In this document: positions 38,036-47,767 of the stretch, piece after piece
How positions within the stretch are numbered: position 1 is the first letter of the stretch
Layout: each line of letters opens with the position of its first letter
DNA from: a virus
Strand: one strand, 5' to 3'
Virus record (IMG/VR): IMGVR_UViG_3300017912_003659
Span: 301-64,300 of that record
Length of the DNA: 64,000 bases
Notes under the pieces: generated by a model
Databases searched by the model: none
Seen by the model: only the letters and a program-made list of their open reading frames with translations
What the model was told of the DNA's origin: nothing
Position numbers and translations under genes: made by a program

Positions 38036-39414
38036 AACTTATAAATATATCAGGTAGATCAGGCGTCGGAAAGACAACAATAGCAAAACTTCTTAAACAT
38101 GTGTTAAACACAACAGATAAAACTGTTCTTCACCTAAGTGGTGATGATCTACACAGATGGGAGAGACATGACAAAAACTGGACAAGATTTACTCATCTGA
38201 ATCCAGTTGCAAATGATATAAGATCAGGGACAAATCAAATTAAACATCTGGTCGATGGTAACTCAATAGTAAGAGATATTTACAATCACAAAACAGGAAA
38301 GTTTATAAGGAAGTGTTTAATAGAACCGCATGACATTATCATCAATGAAGGATTGCATGCACTGTATGATAAAGAAATCTGTGAATTAGCTGATCTAAAT
38401 ATTTTTGTAAACACAGATGATGATTTAACAAGAGACTGGAAGCTTAGCAGAGATGTACAGAGCAGAGGATATAAACGATCACAAGTTCTTAAAACTATAA
38501 AAGATAGAGAACATGATGAGAAAAAATACATTCAGCCTCAAATGGAAAATGCAGACGTAATTATAAATTTCAGTAGACAAGAGTACAGCTCAATAGAGAT
38601 GAAAATATATTCATTATTTCTGTCACCTCCAAAACTAATTGAAGATCTTCAAAAATTTTATGACACACATAAAGAATTTTTAATGACTTGTAGAGCTCTA
38701 TCTTTTGAATATGATCTAATTCAGGGTGCTGGTGGAAATATGTCTTATAAGTTCGATGACAAAATTATAATAACATCTTCAGGCAGTACAATGTCAGACA
38801 TAACAATGTTAAACGGATATTCTGTTTGTGATCTAGAAGGAGAAAAATTAGATGATTATTTAGGCAGACCTTCTATGGAAATTAACTTGCACACAACAAT
38901 AAAAAATCCGATAGTTCTTCACACACATCCAATTTATCTTAATACAATCTTATCTTCAAAAGATGGATATGAAATAATGAAACAGATATTAAATGGAGAT
39001 GATCACTTTGGATACATAGGGTATACAACTCCTGGAAAAGAACTTGCTAAGGTTCTAAGAAATTTAGAAGACAATGAACACGAAATAGTATTTTTAGAGA
39101 ATCACGGTCTAGTGTGCAGTGGAGATACTTTTAAACACGTTTTAGACACAAGCTTAGGTATCAATCAGCTGTGTAAAGACTGGTTAATTAGAAATGCAAA
39201 GACATTTACAAACTATACAACAATAAAATCAGATAAAAACAATAAGTTTCTGTTTCCTGATGCAGCTGTGTTAAAAGAAGAAAACAAATCGTTAAATAAT
39301 TATATGCTCCATATACAGAATGAGGTTGGACTAGAGCCAAACTTCTTGACAAAGTATGAAGTTGAGAAATTAAAAAATATGGAAGAAGAAAAATACAGAA
39401 GGAGTGTTGTATGA
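38032..39414 (+). CDS. bifunctional: P-loop (uridine/APS-kinase-like) kinase + class II aldolase/adducin domain
   Basis: N-term NISGRSGVGKTTIAKLLKHVL; C-term GAGGNMSYKF.. ITSSGSTMSDI ..MEINLHTTIKNPIVLHTHPIYLNT..FLENHGLVCSGDT. Confidence 0.75.
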   Translation: MKLINISGRSGVGKTTIAKLLKHVLNTTDKTVLHLSGDDLHRWERHDKNWTRFTHLNPVANDIRSGTNQIKHLVDGNSIVRDIYNHKTGKFIRKCLIEPHDIIINEGLHALYDKEICELADLNIFVNTDDDLTRDWKLSRDVQSRGYKRSQVLKTIKDREHDEKKYIQPQMENADVIINFSRQEYSSIEMKIYSLFLSPPKLIEDLQKFYDTHKEFLMTCRALSFEYDLIQGAGGNMSYKFDDKIIITSSGSTMSDITMLNGYSVCDLEGEKLDDYLGRPSMEINLHTTIKNPIVLHTHPIYLNTILSSKDGYEIMKQILNGDDHFGYIGYTTPGKELAKVLRNLEDNEHEIVFLENHGLVCSGDTFKHVLDTSLGINQLCKDWLIRNAKTFTNYTTIKSDKNNKFLFPDAAVLKEENKSLNNYMLHIQNEVGLEPNFLTKYEVEKLKNMEEEKYRRSVV

Positions 39415-40235
39415 AAGTATTGATACCGATGGCAGGTAGAGGTGATAGGTTTGTTGATAAAGGTTACAAAGATCCAAAGCCGCTAATAAAAGTTAACGGC
39501 AAAATGATTATAGAATACATACTAGAAATGTTTGGTGATACAGATGACATTACTTTTATATGTAATGATGATCATCTGAGATACACAAAAATGGAAGAGA
39601 TCTTAAAAGAACTATCTCCAAAGTCAAGTGTGGTTTCTCTGCCTAATCATAAAAAAGGACCTATCTACACTGTTATGCCATTTTTAGATATTGTTGATGA
39701 TAAAGAAGAAGTGATTGTTTGTTATTGTGATAACCCACTTAGATGGGACAAGTATGACTTTTTTAAGCATGTAAACGATAATGATCTTGATGGATGTATA
39801 TTGACACACACAGGCTTACATCCACACACATTAAATTCAACAAAGATGGCATTCTTAAAAACAGATGGAATCTTAATGGAAGAGATTAAGGAAAAAGAAT
39901 GTTATACAGATGATCCAATGAGTGAACACGCATCTACAGGTGTTTATTACTTTAAGACAGGGAAGATAATGAAAGACTGTTTTAAAGAGACAATAGACAG
40001 AGACATTAATTATGGAGGGGAATATTATGTCACTCTTGCTTATAATTTATTAGTTGAAAAAGGAATGAGAGTAGGATACTATGACACAGACTTTGTGACA
40101 GTTTTTGGAACACCTGCAGAAGTTGAAAGCTTTGAAGCTTGGGTTACGATACTTAAGTCTGGTCAAGTTAAAGACGCAGTTGATGCTGCAAACTGTTATG
40201 AATATTGGAAAAAATATCATGAAGATTCACAATAA
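39411..40235 (+). CDS. sugar-phosphate nucleotidyltransferase
   Basis: MKVLIPMAGRGDRFVDKGYKDPKPLIKVNGKMIIEYILEMF. Confidence 0.85.
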   Translation: MKVLIPMAGRGDRFVDKGYKDPKPLIKVNGKMIIEYILEMFGDTDDITFICNDDHLRYTKMEEILKELSPKSSVVSLPNHKKGPIYTVMPFLDIVDDKEEVIVCYCDNPLRWDKYDFFKHVNDNDLDGCILTHTGLHPHTLNSTKMAFLKTDGILMEEIKEKECYTDDPMSEHASTGVYYFKTGKIMKDCFKETIDRDINYGGEYYVTLAYNLLVEKGMRVGYYDTDFVTVFGTPAEVESFEAWVTILKSGQVKDAVDAANCYEYWKKYHEDSQ

Positions 40236-40545
40236 AAATAATCCAGGTAAACAAAAGGCATATGTTGATATTGATGAGACAATATGTTTTTATAATAATG
40301 AAAGAATCTATGAACTTGCAATTCCAAGCTATACGAATATAAAAAAGATAAATAAGCTGTATGATGAAGGATGGGAAATAACATACTATACAGCAAGGGG
40401 ATCTTTATCAGGTGAAGATTATTATAAGCTTACAGAAGAACAACTTAATGAATGGAAATGCAAATATCATCATTTAAGTGTTGGTGAGAAACCACTTTTT
40501 GATTTAATCGTAGATGACAGAGCAAAGAGGATAGAAGAATTATGA
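40219..40545 (+). CDS. HAD-like phosphatase (capsule/LPS-type)
   Basis: QKAYVDIDETICFYNNERIYELAIPSYTNIKKINKLYDEGWEITYYTARGS..LIVDDRAKR; start in track (40105) over-extended. Confidence 0.75.
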   Translation: MKIHNKNNPGKQKAYVDIDETICFYNNERIYELAIPSYTNIKKINKLYDEGWEITYYTARGSLSGEDYYKLTEEQLNEWKCKYHHLSVGEKPLFDLIVDDRAKRIEEL

Positions 40546-41003
40546 TTTATATATCACACAGAGGAAATATAGACCATGTTGATAAAACGCAAGAAAATAA
40601 AAAATATTATATTCAAGAGGCAATTGACTTGGGCTATGATGTAGAAATTGATGTAAGAAAGAAACGTAACGGATCACTATGGCTAGGTCACGATGAATGT
40701 GAGAATCCTGTTGAATTAGAGTGGTTGTTGGAAAGAAAAGATAACCTGTGGATACACGCAAAAAATTACAGAGCACTTTCAGGACTCATTGATGAAGGTC
40801 TAAGGGTATTCTATCATTTGGCAGAAGCACATACAGTTATAGGAAACACAAAAATTATATGGTCACATAACTTAGTTGAAGCAGATGAAAAATCAATAAT
40901 ACCTCTTATCGATGAAGAACTGCTCAACTTTTATGATGGTACAAAAGAGTATTATGGGATCTGTTCAGACTTCGTAAGACAGGCAAAGGAAAAATTAAAT
41001 TGA
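40542..41003 (+). CDS. glycerophosphodiester phosphodiesterase-like protein
   Basis: ISHRGNIDHVDKTQENKKYYIQEAIDLGYDVEIDVRKKRNGSLWLGHD. Confidence 0.65.
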   Translation: MIYISHRGNIDHVDKTQENKKYYIQEAIDLGYDVEIDVRKKRNGSLWLGHDECENPVELEWLLERKDNLWIHAKNYRALSGLIDEGLRVFYHLAEAHTVIGNTKIIWSHNLVEADEKSIIPLIDEELLNFYDGTKEYYGICSDFVRQAKEKLN

Positions 41004-41959
41004 AAAAAATAAAAGTTTATATAATAACATACAAAAGAAACAAAGCACTTAATGAGCTGTTAGAAAATATATTTAGCAGTAATATTTCTGGATGTGATTT
41101 AGAGGTCAATATTATAAACAATCACTCTGAATTTTTAATGAAAGATAAGTTTAAGAGGCAAGGACAAACTCAAGTTAGAGTTCACCATAATGAGTGTAGA
41201 GTTGATTGGTCAAACGGAAATCTTGCAGCTGATTATAATTTTGCTCTGATAGATGGCTTTAGAGACTTAGAAAACCCTGACTGTGACTATGTAATAACAC
41301 TTCAGAATGATGCTGTTTTAAATAAAAACTGGTGTGAATGTATGCTAAATCAGTTTAAAAAATATGATTTTATAGTAGGGTATCTGGGTGACAATATTGT
41401 TGGTTACACACCAGAGATAGTAAAGTCTGTTGGATTATGGGATGAAAACTTTGGTGGCGTCGCAAACAAATGTGCTGATTACTATTTCAGAGGTTTGCTA
41501 TATCACGATAAAGAAAAGATACAGATAAATGACATACTACACAGGCGACTTGTAAATTACGATCATGAGCTAGAATTAGATGTTATCAATGACAGAGGTT
41601 TTATAATTAACGAACAAAATACTTCCAGACTACCAGATGATGAAGAACATAAAAAGATAAGAGAAGAAGAAAATCCTTACAGAGCACAACAAACACATTA
41701 TTTTTTATGGAAGTGGCAAGGCACAAGGCCAGACATTGAAAGAAAAGGCAACTGGAATGAGCATGGTTATTTATTAAACTGGCCGCAAGATATAAAAGAA
41801 AATAATCCAACAGCACCAAAACAAATTCAGTTTGTAAAATATCCTTATTTTGAAAAAGGTGTAACTGATATACAAAACAAAGGTTACATTACAGACGGAA
41901 AACTAGTTTCAAAACACAACACAGAATACACAATAAAAGAAATAAAAGGTATAAAATAA
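41000..41959 (+). CDS. glycosyltransferase family 2-like
   Basis: KVYIITYKRNKALNELLENIFSS..DLEVNIINNHSEF..DYVITLQNDAVLNKNWCECML. Confidence 0.75.
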   Translation: MKKIKVYIITYKRNKALNELLENIFSSNISGCDLEVNIINNHSEFLMKDKFKRQGQTQVRVHHNECRVDWSNGNLAADYNFALIDGFRDLENPDCDYVITLQNDAVLNKNWCECMLNQFKKYDFIVGYLGDNIVGYTPEIVKSVGLWDENFGGVANKCADYYFRGLLYHDKEKIQINDILHRRLVNYDHELELDVINDRGFIINEQNTSRLPDDEEHKKIREEENPYRAQQTHYFLWKWQGTRPDIERKGNWNEHGYLLNWPQDIKENNPTAPKQIQFVKYPYFEKGVTDIQNKGYITDGKLVSKHNTEYTIKEIKGIK

Positions 41960-42765
41960 TGAAGGTAAGTTTAAATTACAACATACCTGAACCTGAAAAA
42001 ATAGATGGAGGAAGGTTTGGACTGAATGAAGAGATAATGAAATATCTAATGAATAATTGTACGATCGACAGAAAATACAACCAATACCTAAAAGATAAAT
42101 CAGTAGTAATAGTCGGACCTGCTGCCTATATGTTAGAAAAAGAGCAAGGTGATTTTATTGAATCTTTTGATGTCGTTGTAAGGCTGAACAGAGGATGGAA
42201 GGTAAAAGATGAACACAAAAAGAACCTTGGTGAAAGAACAGACATAAGGTACCATTGCGGAATGGAACATGAAAACAACGGTGGAGCTTGGGAAATAGAA
42301 AATATGATAAGTCAAGGTGTTAAATGGGCAACGATAGGTTTTCCAAGGTACTTAGACTATTTTCATAATGATATTTTAAAGTTTGAAGATTTAAACAAAC
42401 AACATAATATGAATTTTCATGTTTTCTCTGATTTAGAGTTATATTTATCTTTGCACCATTATTTAGGTACAAGGATGTCTATTGGCACAATATCATTTGC
42501 TGACCTTGCATTATATGATTTTAAAAGACTTCATATAAGCGGAATAACTTTTTTAGACGGTGGTTATTTTAAAAGTTATAAACAGTCAAAAGAATTCGAT
42601 GGTCCTGATGCAGCATTCTTAGAGTCTGAAATATGGAAGAAACATACAGATGTTGGTGGTCACGCGATGATACCACAAAGAAAACTTTTAAAACTTTTAA
42701 GTGACATTGACGATAGAATCACAATGGATGATGAAGTAAAACATGTTATTAATAAGGAGCAATAA
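41959..42765 (+). CDS. GT29/sialyltransferase-like glycosyltransferase
   Basis: DKSVVIVGPAAYMLEKEQGDFIESFDVVVRLNRGWKV..LGERTDIRYH resembles sialylmotif L; LGTRMSIGTISFADLALYDFKRLHISGITFLDGGY resembles sialylmotif S. Confidence 0.65.
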   Translation: MKVSLNYNIPEPEKIDGGRFGLNEEIMKYLMNNCTIDRKYNQYLKDKSVVIVGPAAYMLEKEQGDFIESFDVVVRLNRGWKVKDEHKKNLGERTDIRYHCGMEHENNGGAWEIENMISQGVKWATIGFPRYLDYFHNDILKFEDLNKQHNMNFHVFSDLELYLSLHHYLGTRMSIGTISFADLALYDFKRLHISGITFLDGGYFKSYKQSKEFDGPDAAFLESEIWKKHTDVGGHAMIPQRKLLKLLSDIDDRITMDDEVKHVINKEQ

Positions 42766-42767
42766 CA

Positions 42768-43376
42768 ATGAAAGCAAGTAATATAGTAGACTTTGAAAAC
42801 TGCTTAGAAACTTTTTATGATTCACTAAAGACAGATGAATGGAAAAAATTTCAAGATGATTTTGACAGATCTGAAAACATATTTTTTATAGCAAACGGTG
42901 GTGGTCACGCTGTCGCAACTCATGCAAATTCTGACGTGTCCAGGCTTACAGATAAGAAGTGTTATTCTTTAGACAATGCAAGCTATTTAACATCAATAGC
43001 AAATGACTATGGATGGAACAACTTATTTATAACTTTTATAGAAGATTATGCTGTAAAAAGAAGTAATTCAATGGTAATAGGTTTTTCTGGATCAGGTAGT
43101 TCAAAAAATGTTATTAGTGCATTGACATACGCATCAGATGAATATGACTTTAAAACAGCATTTTTAACAGGTCAGCCCTCAAATATGATTCCTGACTATA
43201 TTAACGAAGTCTGTTGGTACAATAAATACTTTCACGTCCACGAAATATTGTGTATGTTATCTTTCTATCAGCTAATACACGGTGGAGGCGATCATTGCCC
43301 GACAATCAAAGATGAGCTAATTCGTAAAGGACATTCTGAAATGTACAGAGCAAAAAAGTATAAAGAGATAAAATGA
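42768..43376 (+). CDS. SIS-domain sugar isomerase (GmhA-like)
   Basis: FIANGGGHAVATHANSDVSRLT..MVIGFSGSGSSKNVISALTYA..TAFLTGQ. Confidence 0.75.
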   Translation: MKASNIVDFENCLETFYDSLKTDEWKKFQDDFDRSENIFFIANGGGHAVATHANSDVSRLTDKKCYSLDNASYLTSIANDYGWNNLFITFIEDYAVKRSNSMVIGFSGSGSSKNVISALTYASDEYDFKTAFLTGQPSNMIPDYINEVCWYNKYFHVHEILCMLSFYQLIHGGGDHCPTIKDELIRKGHSEMYRAKKYKEIK

Positions 43377-44068
43377 AGCTAAGCTTTAAAGGAAAGGTTA
43401 TATTAGTTACAGGTTCTTCGAGAGGAATCGGTAAACAAATCTATGAAGACTTTAAGAGTCTTGGTGGAGAAGTTATAGGAATATCATCAAAAGACTGCGA
43501 CTTTTCAAATCCTGAAGAAGTGCAAAATCGTTTTTCACAAAGAACACTAGGTATAGACTGGAATAAAATAGATGTGTTAGTCAATAATGCAGGAATCAAT
43601 AAGATTGAAACATTTGAAAACATACCGTATGAAGACTATACAGATATTATGAACGTAAATCTACATGCTCCGTTTTTAATCTCACAAGAAATAAGCAAAA
43701 TAATGAAGAAGAATAAATACGGAAGAATTGTTAATATTTCATCAATATGGGGAACAAAAACAAGAGAAAGAAGAACAGCATACACAACATCAAAATATGC
43801 AATTAATGGCTTGACCAAGACAATGTCAGTAGAGCTTGCAAGATATAATGTTTTAGTTAACACAGTGTCACCCGGATTTACAATGACAGAGATGACAGAA
43901 AAGATACTAACAAAAGGTGAAAAAGCAGCACTCATATCACAAGTACCAGTGAGAAGATTTGCAACTGTAAGTGACATATCAAAAGCAGTTATGTTTTTAG
44001 CAAGTGATCTTAACACTTACATAACAGGACAAGATCTAAAAGTTGATGGAGGATTTACAAATGTCTAA
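43373..44068 (+). CDS. short-chain dehydrogenase/reductase
   Basis: VILVTGSSRGIGKQIYEDFKS; NNAGI; YTTSKYAINGLTKTMSVELA. Confidence 0.9.
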   Translation: MKLSFKGKVILVTGSSRGIGKQIYEDFKSLGGEVIGISSKDCDFSNPEEVQNRFSQRTLGIDWNKIDVLVNNAGINKIETFENIPYEDYTDIMNVNLHAPFLISQEISKIMKKNKYGRIVNISSIWGTKTRERRTAYTTSKYAINGLTKTMSVELARYNVLVNTVSPGFTMTEMTEKILTKGEKAALISQVPVRRFATVSDISKAVMFLASDLNTYITGQDLKVDGGFTNV

Positions 44069-45110
44069 TATGAAAATAAAATCTTCATTAAGGGATTATG
44101 AAGTAATATATATTAAAAAGCTTATTGATGTAGGTGAAAAGTTTGCAAGTTATACAGAAAAAGATGTTATAATTGTAGACAAAAAAGTAAAAGAAATGTG
44201 GTCTTCTCTATTCTTTGAAGTTACAGCACAAATAATAGAGATTGATGCAACTGAAAAAACAAAAAGTTATTATAAAATAGGTGATGTAATTGAACAGCTT
44301 ATTAAAAACGAATTTAAAAAGACAGGCAGGATTGTTGCAGTCGGAGGCGGTATAACACAGGATATTTGTGGATTCATCTCTTCTATTATGTTTAGAGGAG
44401 TTAGCTGGGACTTCTTTCCTACAACACTATTAGCACAAGGTGATAGTTGCATAGGAGGAAAGACATCTGTTAATTTTGGCAATTATAAAAATCAGTTAGG
44501 AAACTTTAATCCACCAGAAAAGATAATGATATACTCAAACTTCTCAGAAACACTGACAGACAGTGATATAATGTCAGGTATCGGAGAGATGCTACACTTT
44601 TATATTTGTCAGAGTGAAGAAGACTTTGAAAGATTTGTTTCTGAGTGGACAGAAGAAGGAACATATGCAATACCTGCATTAATTGAAAGGTGTCTAGAGA
44701 TTAAAAAAGGATTTATAGAAAGAGATGAATTTGACAAAGGTGAAAGACTGGTTTTAAATTATGGGCATACATTCGGACATGCAATTGAAGCAATAACAGA
44801 CAATGAAATACCACACGGAATAGCAGTATCAATGGGTATGGACATCGCAAACTTTATCTCTTGGAAAAAAGAATATATTACAGAACAGAAATACACAGAG
44901 ATGAATAAGTTTATAACAACAATCTGGAAAGGCGTAAAGTATCCTGAAATACTGAGCAATATCGATAAATTTATTGATAGATTAAAAAAAGATAAGAAGA
45001 ACATAAATGAAAATATAATGTGTGTTCTTACAGAAGGGCCAGGTGCAATGTTTTTAGAACAGATTACACCTGAAGAAATGAACGGTTATATTTGGGAATA
45101 TTATTCATGA
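44061..45110 (+). CDS. sugar phosphate cyclase (3-dehydroquinate synthase/AroB superfamily)
   Basis: VAVGGGITQDICGFISSIMFRGVSWDFFPTTLLAQGDSCIGGKTSVNFGNYKNQLGNF; LNYGHTFGHAIE; HGIAVSMGM. Confidence 0.85.
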   Translation: MSNMKIKSSLRDYEVIYIKKLIDVGEKFASYTEKDVIIVDKKVKEMWSSLFFEVTAQIIEIDATEKTKSYYKIGDVIEQLIKNEFKKTGRIVAVGGGITQDICGFISSIMFRGVSWDFFPTTLLAQGDSCIGGKTSVNFGNYKNQLGNFNPPEKIMIYSNFSETLTDSDIMSGIGEMLHFYICQSEEDFERFVSEWTEEGTYAIPALIERCLEIKKGFIERDEFDKGERLVLNYGHTFGHAIEAITDNEIPHGIAVSMGMDIANFISWKKEYITEQKYTEMNKFITTIWKGVKYPEILSNIDKFIDRLKKDKKNINENIMCVLTEGPGAMFLEQITPEEMNGYIWEYYS

Positions 45111-45772
45111 AAATAATTGCTGAGATCCCTGCACGAGCAGGAAGCAAAAGAGTAAAAAATAAAAATATGAGATCGCTAAACGGCAGACCGATGATAAGTT
45201 ACGCAATCGAAGCTGCAAAGAGATCTAGACTATTGTCTGAAGTCTATGTAAACTCTGACTCCAATGAGATAGGAAATTATGCTGAGAGTTTAGGAGTAAA
45301 ATTTTATAACAGACCTGAAGAACTAGCTGGTGACTTCACAACTTCAGATGAGTACAATTATGATTTTATAAATGCAGTTAAACCTGACATTCTTGTCCAA
45401 GTAAACCCTGTTTGTCCTCTCATAGGCAGCGATGATATTGATGATATAATAGCATATTTTATAGATAAAAATGCTGATTCACTTGTGACAATCAAAGAAG
45501 AAAGACTTCAGGCATTTCACAAAGGTAAACCAATTAATTTTGATATAAATAAAAAATTACCAAGAACACAAGACATAGAACCAATTCAAGTGTGCTCTTG
45601 GCCTGTATGTATTTGGAAGGCAGAGACATTCAAGAAAGCATTTGAAAAAGAAGGTCATGCTGTTTTCTCAGGAAACTTAGAACTGTATCCTGTTTCACAA
45701 TTAAAGTCAGTAAAAGTTAGTTACGAAGAAGATTTTATTTTGGCAGAGACACTATTAAAAAGAGGACTTTGA
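45107..45772 (+). CDS. CMP-sugar synthetase / acylneuraminate cytidylyltransferase-like
   Basis: IIAEIPARAGSKRVKNKNMRSLNGRPMISYAIEAAKRS..YVNSDSNEIGNYAESLG..FNRPEEL-like; ILVQVNPVCPL. Confidence 0.85.
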   Translation: MKIIAEIPARAGSKRVKNKNMRSLNGRPMISYAIEAAKRSRLLSEVYVNSDSNEIGNYAESLGVKFYNRPEELAGDFTTSDEYNYDFINAVKPDILVQVNPVCPLIGSDDIDDIIAYFIDKNADSLVTIKEERLQAFHKGKPINFDINKKLPRTQDIEPIQVCSWPVCIWKAETFKKAFEKEGHAVFSGNLELYPVSQLKSVKVSYEEDFILAETLLKRGL

Positions 45773-46431
45773 TGAACGAAAAAGATCTAATCATATTTGC
45801 AGCACATTTAGATGATGTAGAACTTGCTTTCTGGGGTTTTATATCAAAGCATTATGATGAATACGATAAAATAAAAGTTATAGTTGCGACAGACCACGAA
45901 CCAAAAAGAGAAGTTTGGCAAGAGAATCTTGACAGCATGAATAATTATATTTCTTGCACAACAGTTCCACGCAGGTCAAGTGTTATGGAGTACATAAATT
46001 TAGGTTATGCTGCAAGAAAAGGAATGACAGATTTTGATAATATAAAAAATGACTTTTATAAATTAATAGACTTCGAAAGAAAGTTTGACATTTTGACACA
46101 CGATGATAAAGATTGTCACACTGATCATTTTGTTTTAAATAAGATTGCGATGGGGATGTATAAGTACACGAATAGATTTGTGACTGTTTATTCTCCAAGC
46201 TCTACACACTTTGATGCAAATTATTGGATACCACTTGATGAAGAGCAGTGGCAACTAAAGAAAGAGATGTGTGCAAAATATGATATTGGGAAAGAACAAT
46301 CTTACTCCAAGATGGGATATTATCTTGATAGTGAAGAGCACTGGAACATAGGAAAATCATATCAGATGGAGAATTTTGTACACACAGACAACAAATATTA
46401 TGAAGTATATAGGATAATAAAATGGCTTTAA
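45769..46431 (+). CDS. PIG-L/LmbE-family deacetylase
   Basis: LIIFAAHLDDVELAFWGFI; DDKDCHTDHFVLNKIAM. Confidence 0.75.
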   Translation: MMNEKDLIIFAAHLDDVELAFWGFISKHYDEYDKIKVIVATDHEPKREVWQENLDSMNNYISCTTVPRRSSVMEYINLGYAARKGMTDFDNIKNDFYKLIDFERKFDILTHDDKDCHTDHFVLNKIAMGMYKYTNRFVTVYSPSSTHFDANYWIPLDEEQWQLKKEMCAKYDIGKEQSYSKMGYYLDSEEHWNIGKSYQMENFVHTDNKYYEVYRIIKWL

Positions 46432-47078
46432 TCGATATATCAGAACAAAAAGGTGACATTGATAGATCACACGGAATAGTAGAATCACTAAAAATAATTA
46501 AAGATCAGTGGAAAATTGACATGTCAGAAATGAATGCTCTAGACATGTTTGCAGGTGATGGAACTTGGTGCACAAATAATATAAAAGAAGAAGTTGCATC
46601 AATGACATGTTGCGATATAGATCCTAATAAATTGGCAAAGATAGAAGGTGTAAAAAGAGTTTCTGGAGACATATTTGATTGCTTAGACCACATAAACTTT
46701 CAGAAGTTTGATTTAATACATATAGATAATCCTTCTTCTATCTGGAAGACAAACGTTGACGACGGCTATGCAGTAGAATATTTTAGACTTCTAAATTATG
46801 TGCCAAGACTATTTGAAGAAAAGTGTATAGTAATACACAATTTAAATACTGCGCCGTACGGTGAATATACAGAAGACAGTTTATGGGCACAAGAGAGAAG
46901 AGAATTTTATGGTGTAGAACAATCTGGATTATTAAATGTAAACGATCTTGTTGAATTTCACAAACAATATTACGCAAACTTTCATAAAATAGAAGTAGGT
47001 AATATAACAGTTGTACCCAGGGAAATGTATGAAGGAATTATCTACTGGTGGAATATTATTTATGAGTTGAAGAAATGA
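46422..47078 (+). CDS. methyltransferase-like protein
   Basis: NALDMFAGDGTWCTNNIKEEVASMTCCDIDPNKLAKIEG..FDLIHIDNPS. Confidence 0.65.
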   Translation: MALIDISEQKGDIDRSHGIVESLKIIKDQWKIDMSEMNALDMFAGDGTWCTNNIKEEVASMTCCDIDPNKLAKIEGVKRVSGDIFDCLDHINFQKFDLIHIDNPSSIWKTNVDDGYAVEYFRLLNYVPRLFEEKCIVIHNLNTAPYGEYTEDSLWAQERREFYGVEQSGLLNVNDLVEFHKQYYANFHKIEVGNITVVPREMYEGIIYWWNIIYELKK

Positions 47079-47767
47079 GAGTAGCAATACATCAACCAGA
47101 ATTCGCTCCGTGGCTAGGGTATTTTCACAAAATGCACAGTGCAGATGTCTATGTTTTTTTAGACAATGTTCAGTTTAAGAAACGGTACTTTGAAAACAGA
47201 AATTATTTAAGAGACTCAGACAAAGATGAAAAAGTTTGGTTAACAATTCCAGTTGATACAAAGGGGAAATATGAACAGTCAATTAGTGATGTAATGATTA
47301 AAAATGACAGTGACTGGATAACGAAAGCTAAAAATAAAGTTACTCACTTGTATGGTGACAATGATGTTACACGTAAGTTTAATTCACTCTTCAATGACAA
47401 AGACAGTTTAATGCAATTAAATTTAAGATTAATAAACTTCTTTAGACAATCTTTTGGAATAAAAACAAAAGTAACATTTCAATCTAGCCTCAATATAGAA
47501 AGCAAAGGCAGCGATTTAATATTTGATATATGTGAAATGCTTAATGCAGACACTTATGTATGTGGTAAGTCAGGTGCAGATTATTTAGACTTAGAAAAAT
47601 TTAAAAATGCCGAGATAGATATAGAGTGGCAAAACTTTACAGAACCAGACTATTTTGGATTAGTCCGCGGCGGCGAAACAAAGCTAACAAATTTATCATC
47701 ATTAGATTTTGTACAATTATACGGATTAGATTGTGAATTAGAATTTAAGGATATTATATGTCAATAG
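47075..47767 (+). CDS. WbqC-like family protein
   Basis: MRVAIHQPEFAPWLGYFHKMHSADVYVFLDNVQFKKRYFENRNYLRD. Confidence 0.85.
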   Translation: MRVAIHQPEFAPWLGYFHKMHSADVYVFLDNVQFKKRYFENRNYLRDSDKDEKVWLTIPVDTKGKYEQSISDVMIKNDSDWITKAKNKVTHLYGDNDVTRKFNSLFNDKDSLMQLNLRLINFFRQSFGIKTKVTFQSSLNIESKGSDLIFDICEMLNADTYVCGKSGADYLDLEKFKNAEIDIEWQNFTEPDYFGLVRGGETKLTNLSSLDFVQLYGLDCELEFKDIICQ

